From NCBI GenBank assembly GCA_963792205.1, contig CAWBVI010000004.1, positions 1,012,640-1,076,639 of the forward strand: 64,000 nt of DNA. Direction: 5' to 3'. The notes beneath the pieces are model-generated. The model had not been told where the DNA came from. It saw nothing but the letters and a program-made list of their open reading frames with translations, and searched no databases. Made by a program: the position numbers and the translations under genes. This document shows, piece after piece, positions 17,505-26,746 of the stretch. Source of the stretch: an uncultured Microthrixaceae bacterium (GTDB lineage Bacteria > Actinomycetota > Acidimicrobiia > Acidimicrobiales > DATDAH01). Numbering within the stretch: position 1 is the first letter of the stretch; each line of letters begins with the position of its first letter.

Positions 17505-19133
17505 ATGTCCTGGCGCCCGCGCTTACCAAGTCGTCACCGGGGCCGCTGGGTGCTGGGGATCGGCCTCGCCACGACGGCGGTGGCCGTCGTGGTCATCGCC
17601 CGCGGCGTCGACACCGCGGCGGTGGCCGAGGCCTTCCACGCCGCCCAGGACCGTCCGGGCCGCGTCGCGCTGGCCGTCGCCGCGCTGGCCCTCGCCTTCG
17701 TCGTCCGGGCCTGGGCCTGGACCCGCGTCCTGCCCGGGCTGTCGCTCGGCCACGCCCTGGCCGGGATCCACCTCGCCTACGGCGCCAACCACGTCCTCCC
17801 CCTGCGCCTCGGCGAGCCGCTTCGGATCGTCAGCGTCGTGCGCCGGGCCGGCATCGGCGTCGCACCGGCCACCGCCTCGACCGTGACCCTGCGGGTCGCC
17901 GACCTCGTGACCCTGGCCGCGCTGGGCGCCGCGGCCGGTGGCACGGTGCTCTGGTCGCTCGCCGGGCCGTGGTTCGCGTTGGCGTTGGCGTTCGCCGTCG
18001 CCGCGGGCGGGGCGGCGTGGTGGTGGCTGCGCCGGGCGATGCGCAACGGGGCCGAAGTCCGACTGCCCACCCTCGTCGTCCTGGCCGCCACGGCGTCCGC
18101 CTGGCTGCTCGAGGCGGTCCTCGTCCTCGAGGGCGCCCGCCTGGTGGGGCTCCCCATCGGCTACCAGGAAGCGCTGCTGGTGACGGCCACGACGGTCTGC
18201 TCCCAGGTGGCCGCCGTCGCACCGAGCGGCCTCGGCACCTTCGAGGCGGCCGGCACCGCCACGTTCGTGGCCCTCGGCTACGGCGCGGCCGAGGGCCTGG
18301 CGGCCACCGTGGTGGTCCACGCGATCAGCACCGCGTACTCGTTGCTGGCGGGCAGCTCCGCGGTGTTCTGGCCCAGCCCCGGCCTGGCCGGTCGCCTCCG
18401 CCTCGGGCGAGAGCCGGAGCCGGAGCAGGTGCCCGCGACGCCCGTCGCCGACGGTCCGGTGCTGCTCTTCCTCCCCGCCCACGACGAGGCCGCCACGGTG
18501 GCCGAAGTGGTGGCCCGGGTGCCCACCACGGTCCAGGACCGGCCGGTCGACTGCCTCGTGATCGACGACGGCTCCCGGGACGACACGGCCGAGCGGGCCC
18601 GGGCGGCCGGGGCCGAGGTCATCCGCCACGAGCGCAACCGCGGCCTGGGGGCCACGGTCCGCGACGGCCTGGTCGAAGGACGTCGCCGGGGCGCGTCGGC
18701 GGTGGTGTTCTGCGACGCCGACGACGAGTACGACCCGGCGGACCTCGCCGCCATGGTGGCCCCGATCCTGGCGGGCGCGGCCGACTACGTCGTGGGGAAC
18801 CGCTTCGCCGCCGGCTACCCCGACATGCGGCCCCACCGTTGGGTCGGCAACCGGATCCTCACCGCGCTGACCTCGTTCGTGGCCCGCCGCCCGCTGGCCG
18901 ACGCCCAGTCCGGCTACCGCGCCCTGTCGGCGGCGGCCGTGGCCGACGCCGAGATCGTCCACGACTACAACTACGCCCAGGTCCTCACCCTCGACCTGCT
19001 GGCGAAGGGCCACCGCTACGCCGAGGTCCCCATCGCCTACCGGCACCGCCGCCGCGGCCGGTCCTTCGTCCGGCCCGTCGGCTACCTCCGGCGCGTCCTC
19101 CCCGCCGTCTACCGCGAGCTGAACTCGGCCTGA
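17505..19133 (+). CDS. Fusion of a lysylphosphatidylglycerol-synthase-TM (flippase-like) domain and a GT2 glycosyltransferase
   Basis: N-half: ANHVLPLRLGEPLR and APSGLGTFE. C-half: LPAHDEA, IDDGSRD, RNRGLG, CDADDEY and DAQSGYR. Confidence 0.85.
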   Translation: MSWRPRLPSRHRGRWVLGIGLATTAVAVVVIARGVDTAAVAEAFHAAQDRPGRVALAVAALALAFVVRAWAWTRVLPGLSLGHALAGIHLAYGANHVLPLRLGEPLRIVSVVRRAGIGVAPATASTVTLRVADLVTLAALGAAAGGTVLWSLAGPWFALALAFAVAAGGAAWWWLRRAMRNGAEVRLPTLVVLAATASAWLLEAVLVLEGARLVGLPIGYQEALLVTATTVCSQVAAVAPSGLGTFEAAGTATFVALGYGAAEGLAATVVVHAISTAYSLLAGSSAVFWPSPGLAGRLRLGREPEPEQVPATPVADGPVLLFLPAHDEAATVAEVVARVPTTVQDRPVDCLVIDDGSRDDTAERARAAGAEVIRHERNRGLGATVRDGLVEGRRRGASAVVFCDADDEYDPADLAAMVAPILAGAADYVVGNRFAAGYPDMRPHRWVGNRILTALTSFVARRPLADAQSGYRALSAAAVADAEIVHDYNYAQVLTLDLLAKGHRYAEVPIAYRHRRRGRSFVRPVGYLRRVLPAVYRELNSA

Positions 19134-21512
19134 TCAGTCCGGGGGTGGGGTGCTGGCCGCGGTCAGCGGGCGATGGCCGTTGGTGAGCTCCGGGAGGCGG
19201 GCGTCGACGGCGGTGTTCTCCTGGTGGGCCCGCATGGCCACCTCGTGGTACCGCTCCAAGAGGTCGAGCGTCGACGGGTCGTGGTACAGCCGGCCGTCGA
19301 CCAGCGTGCCCTCGGTCCCCTCGATCACCGCCACCACGTCCTCACCGGACAGTGTCTTGTGCTGCTCGAGGGCATGGGCCACGGCCAGCACCTCGAGGCG
19401 GTTGGCGCGGATGAGATCCACGGTCTCCTCGAGCAGGCGGGCCAGGTTCTCCTCGATGCGCTGACCGAGGGCGGCGTCGCGCAGCAGGTCCTTCTCGGCC
19501 TCCTCCTCGCCCCGCGGCTTGCCACCACCCCCGACCTTCAGCCGATCGGTCACCCCGTGGCTGGCCACCGTGGAGCCCATGCCCCAGTAGCCCTCCATGA
19601 AGGTGGCCACCGTGGTGGCCGAGTCGAGGTCGCCGGACACGCCCGACGAGCTGTCGCCGGCGAAGAACTCCCGTTCGCCGGCGAGCGACGCCAGCGACAC
19701 CTTGATGTCGGCCTCGTAGTGCGACCGCCACCGTGTGAACTGGTCCTCGGGACGGACCGAGCGGACCATGCCGAGGTAGGTCCCGCCCTTCTCGATCGTG
19801 GCCAGGTCGATGTTGAGGTGCTTGCGCTCGCGATGGGAGGCCACCGCATGACACGCCTCGTGCACCGCGATGGCGTGGCGCTCCCGCTCGATGTACTCGA
19901 CGTCCTCGGGCGGCCCCAACTCCTTCATCTGCTTGGCCTCGAGCATGTCGCGCCACACGATCCGGTCCCGGCCGTTGCGGATGGCGACGATGAGCGCCTC
20001 GTTGACGAGGTCCTTGATCGTCGCGCCGGTGGCGTACGGCGTGATGGTGGCCAGCTTCTCGATCTGGTCGTCGGTGAGCTCGTGCGCGACCTTGTCGAGG
20101 TAGCCCTGGTACGTGCGCTTGCGGCCTTCCTTGGACGGGTAGCCCACCTTGTAGATGCGGTCGAGGCGACCCGGGCGGAGGAGGGCCTCGTCGAGGGCCT
20201 GAGGCATGTTCGTGGCCATCATCACGAGGATCCGGTACTTGGGCGGGGGCTTCGGCCGCATGCCCAGGAGGCGCCGCCCGAACCGGTTGAGGAGGCCACG
20301 CGGCTTCTTCAGGCCCGAGATCTCGGTGAGCAGGGCCTGCAGGGTGCCCATGCCGCCGCCGCCGCCGCCCATCATCATGACCCCGTCCCGCTGCACGGGA
20401 GCATCCGGCGCCGGGCCCGACAGGACCAGCTCCTGCGAGGCGGGCGACAACCATCGGCGATGGTCGTCCCACGGCGCAGGAGCGGCCACCTGGCCGCCGA
20501 GGCCGCCCTGGGTGGCGAGGCTGCGGCTCCCGAGTGCATCCGCCTCGTCGAAGAAGACGATGACCCCGCCGTAGCGCAGGGCGAGCTTGCGCAGCTTGCG
20601 GAAGAGGGCCTTGACCTTGATGACCCCGACGCCCATGAACATGTTGATGAACGCCCCCGGGTCCACGAACACGAAGGGCCGGCCGGTCTCGCCGGCCACG
20701 GCCTCGGCCATGAGGGTCTTGCCCGTCCCTGGCGGCCCCCAGAGCAGGATGCCGCCCGGAACGTACCCGCCCTTCTCCTCGATCTTCTCGGGGTCCTCGA
20801 GGAAGAGCATGCTCTCCTGGACCCGCGCCACCACGGCGTCCTGGCCCCAGACGTCGTCGAGCCGGGTCTCGATGTCGTCGGGGTAGTAGACGTCGACGCC
20901 ACCCCGGGACAGGAACCAGAACAGCGCGGCGAACTGCGAGATCAGCAGGATCGGGTAGATCAGGAACTGCAGGAACATGGGGAGCGCATCGATGAGCCGA
21001 GCGGGGAGCTCGAACAACGCCGTGATCGGCGACACGTCGAACACCGCGGCCAGCACGATGCTGAGCAGGGCGAGGAAGACGATCAGCTTGACGATCCGCG
21101 CCACCCGGAACCGGTTCCAGTCGTTGAACTTGGCCATGCGCCGTTCGAACCGGCCGAAGACGCTGTCGCTCCAGAGCCGGTGGTAGCCCGGCCACGACTC
21201 GGCAAGCAGGAAGTGGGCCTGACGGATGGCCTCGAAGCCGACCAGGGCCAGGATCCACCACTTGGCCTCGAGGGTGCGCTCGAGGGCTTCTTCGAAGGGC
21301 AGGATCGGGTTGTCGGCCATGTCGGCCCAGACGAAGAACCAGAAGAGGACGCCGAGGAGGACGAGGAACTTGATCCGGTCCCAGAAGGGCAGCGGCTTGC
21401 GGGTGGTCCGGTCGGACTCCCGGACCCGCGAGAGGACGCCGGGCTCGGGCAACCCCTCCCGGTGGTCGGGAGATGGGGTGGCGACGGGCGGACCGGGGGG
21501 GATCTCAGGCAT
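19134..21512 (-). CDS. FtsH-like membrane AAA+ ATPase / M41 zinc metalloprotease paralog
   Basis: Several N-terminal TM segments, Walker A GPPGTGKT, Walker B FFDEAD, SRH ATN..LDEALLRPGRLDR, HEACH zinc motif and SGVSGDL. Confidence 0.88.
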   Translation of the reverse strand: MPEIPPGPPVATPSPDHREGLPEPGVLSRVRESDRTTRKPLPFWDRIKFLVLLGVLFWFFVWADMADNPILPFEEALERTLEAKWWILALVGFEAIRQAHFLLAESWPGYHRLWSDSVFGRFERRMAKFNDWNRFRVARIVKLIVFLALLSIVLAAVFDVSPITALFELPARLIDALPMFLQFLIYPILLISQFAALFWFLSRGGVDVYYPDDIETRLDDVWGQDAVVARVQESMLFLEDPEKIEEKGGYVPGGILLWGPPGTGKTLMAEAVAGETGRPFVFVDPGAFINMFMGVGVIKVKALFRKLRKLALRYGGVIVFFDEADALGSRSLATQGGLGGQVAAPAPWDDHRRWLSPASQELVLSGPAPDAPVQRDGVMMMGGGGGGMGTLQALLTEISGLKKPRGLLNRFGRRLLGMRPKPPPKYRILVMMATNMPQALDEALLRPGRLDRIYKVGYPSKEGRKRTYQGYLDKVAHELTDDQIEKLATITPYATGATIKDLVNEALIVAIRNGRDRIVWRDMLEAKQMKELGPPEDVEYIERERHAIAVHEACHAVASHRERKHLNIDLATIEKGGTYLGMVRSVRPEDQFTRWRSHYEADIKVSLASLAGEREFFAGDSSSGVSGDLDSATTVATFMEGYWGMGSTVASHGVTDRLKVGGGGKPRGEEEAEKDLLRDAALGQRIEENLARLLEETVDLIRANRLEVLAVAHALEQHKTLSGEDVVAVIEGTEGTLVDGRLYHDPSTLDLLERYHEVAMRAHQENTAVDARLPELTNGHRPLTAASTPPPD

Positions 21513-22147
21513 CAGGACTCCTGTTCGATCGTCCACGAGTCGACGATGTCGTCGATCTCGTCACGGTTGGCCTCGTAGCAGGTGGCCTCGCACTTGAGGA
21601 GGAGCTCGTACACCTCCGTGGTGTTCTCGTTGACCAGGGCGGTGTGGTCCATGGTCACGAAGCGGCCGTCCTCCACCTCGACGGAGTACACGAGGCGCTG
21701 GCCCCGTAGGCCCTCGTCGGTCGTGATGTCGTAGCCGTCCACCAGCTCCAACGTGCTGTCGGGTTGGTCGGCCAGGACCAGCGGGTCCTCACCCAGGACG
21801 GACGAGCGCAGGGTGGCGTAGTCGAGCGCGTCCCGGGCCTCGGCCGACTCCACCGCTCGCACACTGGCCAACCCGACGGGGTACGCGGGCAGGGACGCCT
21901 GGTAGTTGCCCGCTCCGGGCGTGGGCGAACGGTCGATGAGCCGGAGCCAGGCGTCGGGTGTGGCGGCCACCGGATCCGGGCGTCCCGACTCCGCTTCCTC
22001 GACCTCGAGCACCGTCCAGGTCTCCGGGACCCGGAAGTAGAGCCCGGCGTCGTCGTTCTGGACGTACTCGTAGCCCGACCCGCCGCACGCGCTCAAGACC
22101 ACGCCCGCCGCCACGAAGGCCAAGACCCCCCGAACCCGACCTGCCAT
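21512..22147 (-). CDS. Hypothetical lipoprotein (possibly PsbP/Mog1-like fold)
   Basis: Lipobox VLSAC, LYFRVPETW and C-terminal IDDIVDSWTI; TGATG coupling to the AAA gene. Confidence 0.75.
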   Translation of the reverse strand: MAGRVRGVLAFVAAGVVLSACGGSGYEYVQNDDAGLYFRVPETWTVLEVEEAESGRPDPVAATPDAWLRLIDRSPTPGAGNYQASLPAYPVGLASVRAVESAEARDALDYATLRSSVLGEDPLVLADQPDSTLELVDGYDITTDEGLRGQRLVYSVEVEDGRFVTMDHTALVNENTTEVYELLLKCEATCYEANRDEIDDIVDSWTIEQES

Positions 22148-22185
22148 TGCTGTCCAGTGTGCCGGTTCGCGGCAACAGGCGATAG

Positions 22186-23043
22186 TCAGGCGGGAGAATC
22201 GCCCTCGTCGCCGGTGGCGTGGACGTAGGTCCACCCGAAGCGGCCCTTGATGCAGAGGTGGCCGCTCGTCACCTCGTGATCGGCCGGCGAGGTCACCTTC
22301 ACGATCCGCTCGTCCTGGACGTGGAGCTCCAGGTTGCACCCCACACCGCAGTACGAGCACACGGTGGTGGTCACCGTCTGTTCCTCGGGCTGCCAGTTCC
22401 CGGCCGCCCGGAGGTCGAACTCGGTGGTGAACTGCAGCGCGTTCGTGGGGCACACCCCGATGCAGTTGCCGCAGTACACGCAGGCGGAGTCGGGGAGGGC
22501 GACGTCGAACTCGGTCGAGATGCGGGCGTCGAAGCCCCGTCCGCTGACCGCGATGGCGTAGGTGTGCTGGGCGTCGTCGCCACAGGCCTCCACGCACTTG
22601 TAGCAGAGGACGCACTTCTCGTAGTCCCGGATGTAGAGCTGGTCCTGGACCTTGACCTCCTCCTGCACCCGCTCGGCGGGGTGGTCCTCGGCGCCGTAGC
22701 GGTCGGGATCGGCGCCGTAGTGCTCGATCCAGGGCCCGAGGGCGTCGGCCTGGCTGAGGTCCACCCCCGAGCCGAGGAACTCCAGCACCAGCTTGCGGCT
22801 GTGGCGGACGCGGTCGGAGTCGGTGAGGACCACCATGCCCTCCTCGACCGGTCGCGAGCACGCCGGGACCAGCGCCCGCGACCCCTCCACCTCCACCACG
22901 CACACCCGACAGACGTTGACGGGGGTGAGGTTGGGCGACCAGCAGATCGTCGGCGTCTCGACCCCGGCGTCGGTCAGCGCGCCGAGGATCGTCGTGCCCT
23001 CCTCGACCTCGAGCTCGCGGTCGTCGGCCGTGAAGCGGATCAC
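22186..23043 (-). CDS. Formate dehydrogenase Fe-S subunit (2Fe-2S, 2x4Fe-4S and the molybdopterin-oxidoreductase Fe4S4 domain)
   Basis: PTIC..VCRVCVVE..ACS, KCVLCYKCVEAC, CVYCGNCIGVCP and TVCSYCGVGC..LCIKGRFG. Confidence 0.9.
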   Translation of the reverse strand: MIRFTADDRELEVEEGTTILGALTDAGVETPTICWSPNLTPVNVCRVCVVEVEGSRALVPACSRPVEEGMVVLTDSDRVRHSRKLVLEFLGSGVDLSQADALGPWIEHYGADPDRYGAEDHPAERVQEEVKVQDQLYIRDYEKCVLCYKCVEACGDDAQHTYAIAVSGRGFDARISTEFDVALPDSACVYCGNCIGVCPTNALQFTTEFDLRAAGNWQPEEQTVTTTVCSYCGVGCNLELHVQDERIVKVTSPADHEVTSGHLCIKGRFGWTYVHATGDEGDSPA

Positions 23044-24745
23044 GCCGCGCCCACCAGGCCGAGGGCCAGGGCCGAGCGGACCGCGCCGGTTGCCGTGTGG
23101 CCGAGGCCGCAGATGGAGGCGTCGGTCATCGCCGCCGCCATCTCGTCGAGGAGCTCTCGTCGGCCGGCGGACAGCTCACCGCGGTCGCGCATCTGCACCA
23201 TCGTCTCGTGGACCCGGACGGTACCGACGCGGCAGGGCACGCACTGACCGCACGACTCGTGGCGGAAGAACTCGGCGATGCGCACGACCACGTCGGTGAG
23301 GTCGACCGAGCGTGTCGAAGGCCATGACGACCCCGGAGCCGAGGGTGGCCCCGGCCGCCCGGGTGTCCTCCAGCGTGAGCGGCAGCCCGAGGGCGTCGGG
23401 TCCGACGAAGACCCCGGCCGCCCCGCCCAACAGGACGGCGGCCAGGTCGCCCGTGACCCCGCCCGCGAGGTCGAGCAGCGCACCCAGGGTGATGCCGAAC
23501 GGCACCTCGTAGACGCCCGGCCGACCCACCCGGCCGGACAGGCAGAACAGGCGGGTGCCCGGCGACTGCTCGGTGCCCACCGCGCGGTAGGCCTCCGGTC
23601 CGTCGACCAGGATCGGGAGCACGTTGAGCAGGGTCTCGGGGTTGTTGATGGCCGTGGGCTGGCCGAACAGGCCGTGGGTGGTCGGGAACGGCGGCTTGTT
23701 GCGGGGCTCGCCCCGGAAGCCTTCGATGGAGTTGAAGAGGGCGGTCTCCTCACCGCAGATGTAGGCCCCAGCCCCGCGCCGGACCTCGACGTCGAAGGCC
23801 GCCCAGCCAGCCGGCGGCACCGGCCTGGGCCACGGCGGCCTCGACCCGGCCCGCGGCTTCGGGGTACTCGCCCCGCACGTACACCCAGGCCTCCCTCGCG
23901 TCCACGGCCTCGGCGGCGATCACCGTCGCCTCGAGCAGGGCGAAGGGATCCCGCTCCAGGAGCGTCCGGTCCTTGAACGTGCCCGGCTCGGACTCGTCGG
24001 CGTTGACCACCACGTGCTTGCGGTCGCCGGGCGCGTCACGCACCGCTCGCCACTTGACCCCGGTGGGGAACGCCGCCCCACCGCGGCCCGACAGGCCGGC
24101 GTCGGTGATGGCGGCGATCACGGCGTCCGGGCCGATCTCCCGCGCCCGGGCGAGCGCTGTGCCCCCACCCGCGTCCCGATACGAGTCGAGGCGCGACGGG
24201 TCGACCACGCCGACGCGGTGGAGCAGGCGCAGGCCGGGATCTCCCGCCTGCGGGAGGGTGAACGGCGAGGGCGGCCCCAGCCGCTCGGGGGTGCCCCGGC
24301 GCTGGGTGAAGGACGCCGGCGCCTGCTCGCACCGGCCGAGGCAGGGCGAGTCGTGGGCCACGGTGCCTTCGGGCACGGCTGCCGAGCCGGCGGTGATGCG
24401 GCAGGCGGGATCCACGCAGACCCACGTGGTCGCCCCTTCATGGGTGGGTTCGGTGGTGCGGAGCAGGTCGTAGAACGTGGCCACGCCGTACGCCTCGGCC
24501 GGCGGCACCTGGAGGCGGTCCGCCACGTGGTTCAGCCCGCCGGGGCTGATCCAGCCCACCTCCTCCTGCAGCGCGATCAGGGTGGGGAGCAGGAGGTGGC
24601 GGCGCTCGAGGCGACGGGTGCGGCCACTGCGCACCAGCCGCTCGTCCTCGACGACCACGACCGGCCCGACGTCACCGAGGACGGCGTCGACGGTGTCCCG
24701 CTCGATCTCGGACGGACGATCCGGTCCGATGAAGAGGTCAGCCAT
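23040..24745 (-). CDS. NuoE-NuoF-like fused diaphorase subunit; two frameshifts near 23798 and 23310
   Basis: [76 protein letters not shown] and SICGLG spread over three frames joined by single extra bases. Confidence 0.88.
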
Positions 24746-24817
24746 CCGGCTCCAGCTCCGCTCGCTCACGAGCGAACGGTTGGCCTCGCACTCGGACGCT
24801 CGCTTCGTGTCGCTCAC
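24746..24817 (-). repeat. MIRU-like intercistronic insert in frame with nuoEF
   Basis: GTG overlaps the fdh TGA (GTGA); 72 nt open in frame to the nuoEF ATG; GTGAGCG occurs twice; codon usage unlike the flanking genes. Confidence 0.45.
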
Positions 24818-26736
24818 ACGCCGATCTTGTCAACTCTGATCGCCGCGGCCTTGAACTCGCTCGTCCCCGACCTCGGGTCCCAAGCGTCGTTGGTGAGCAC
24901 GTTGGCGTCGACCAGCTCGGGGAAGTGGAAGGTGGTGAAGGTGAGGCCCACGGGCAGGTCGGGTTGGACCCGCACCGACATCTCGACCGCACCCCGCGGC
25001 GAGGTGACCAGGACCCGCTCCCCGTCCACCACCCCCAGGTGCTCGGCGTCGGCGGGGTTCACGTCGAGGGCGTCCCCGTAGCGGATGGGCGACGCGAAGT
25101 CGCCGGACTGCACCCCGGTGTTGAACGAATCGAGGGCCCGGCCGGTGGTGAGGCGCAGCGGGAACTCGGCGGACAGCTCCTCGACCGGTCCCGCGTGCTC
25201 GACCACGCTGAAGGGCGCCGGAGCCCGCCCGCCGAGATCGGGCTCCCACAACCAGCCGTGGAGGAAGGGGCTGCCCGGGTGGTCTTCGGTGGGGCAGGGC
25301 CACTGGAGGCCGCCCTCGGCGTCGAGGCGGGCATAGGACATGCCGGCGTGCATCGGCGAGAGGGAGCGCAGCTCGTCCCAGAGGTCCTCGGCCGAGGGGT
25401 CGCCCCAGGCGTAGCCCATGCGGCGGGCCAGCTCGCCGAGGATGGCGAGGTCGTCCCGGGCCTCCCCCGGCGGAGGCACCGCGGCCCGCACCCGTTGGAC
25501 CCGGCGCTCGCTGGAGGTGACGGTCCCCTCGCCCTCCGCCCAGGCCGCGGTGGCGGGCAGGACGACGTCGGCCATCTCGGCCGTCCGGGTCAGGAAGATG
25601 TCCTGGACGACGAGGTGGTCCAGGCCCTCGAGCAGGGCGCGGGCGTGCTCGACGTCGGCTTCGGAGTCGGCGGGGTTCTCGCCGATGACGTAGAGACCGG
25701 TCAGCTCGCCACGGCCCATCGCCTCGAACATCAGCGTCAGGTGCAGGCCCGGCTCCGGGTTGAGCGGGACCCCCCAGACGGCTTCGAACCGGGCCCGCGC
25801 CGCCTCGTCGGTCACGTCCTGGAAGCCGGGGAACTTGTTGGGCAGCGCGCCCATGTCGCCGCCCCCCTGCACGTTGTTCTGGCCCCGCAACGGCACCAGG
25901 CCCGAGCCCCAGCGGCCGACGTGGCCGGTGAGCAGGGCGAGGTTGCACAGGGCGACCACGTTGTCGACGGCGTTGTGGTGCTCGGTGATCCCGAGGGTCC
26001 ACAGGATCTGGGCCTTGTCGGCCTCGCCGTACGCGTGGGCCAGCTCGCGGATGGCGCTCCGGGGCACGCCCGTCAGGGCCTCGGCCCGCGCGAGCGTGTA
26101 GGGCTCCACTGCGGCGGCGTAGTCGTCGTAGCCCTGGGTCGAGTGGGCGATGAACGCCGGATCGGTCAGCCCGGCGTGGATCAGCTCCCGGCCGATGGCG
26201 TGGGCCAGGGCGATGTCGGTGCCCACGTCGAGCCCGAGCCACACGTCGGCGAACTTGGCCGACGAGGTCCGGCGGGGGTCGACGCAGTAGAGGCGGGCGC
26301 CGTTGTCCACCCCGCGCAGGAGGTGGTGGAAGTAGATGGGGTGGGCTTCACGGGCGTTGCTGCCCCAGAGGACGATGACGTCGGCCTCCTCCACCTCCCG
26401 GTACGAGGAGGTGCCACCACCCGCTCCGAAGACTGTCGCCAGACCGACGACGGAGGGCGCGTGTCAGGTTCTGTTGCAGGAGTCGATGTAGTTCGACCCC
26501 AGCACGGTGCGGGCGAACTTCTGGGCCGCGAAGTTCACCTCGTTGGTGGCCTTGGAGCAGCTGAACAGGCCGATGCCGGTGGGGCCCTTGTCGTCGAGGA
26601 CCCGGCGGAAGCCGGACGTGGCCCGGTCCAGGGCCTCCTCCCAGGTGGCCGGACGCAACCGGCCGTCGTCGCGGACGAGCGGGTGCTCCAGGCGGGCCCC
26701 CGTGGCTCGCCGGTCCCGGCGGTTGCGTCCCGGCAT
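24814..26736 (-). CDS. Selenocysteine-containing formate dehydrogenase catalytic (Mo/W-bis-MGD) subunit
   Basis: Continuous frame ...IDSCNRT-TGA(26466-26464)-HAPSVVGL...; WGSNAREAHP, PLRGQNNVQG, VVQDIFLT, ADVVLPA, LTTGR and SEFKAAA. Confidence 0.92.
26418..26463 (-). promoter_or_regulatory. Bacterial SECIS element
   Basis: Stem GUCGUC-GGUCU-GGCGAC begins 12 nt after the UGA; lower stem CUCCG/CGGAG; GGUCUG core as in the E. coli fdhF SECIS. Confidence 0.8.
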
Positions 26737-26746
26737 CGCGGCCACG

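Noticed and set aside
20352-20380. GCC and ATC trinucleotide runs as a contingency locus
   Set aside because: In-frame poly-Gly/Met linker of the AAA protein; triplet changes would not switch phase
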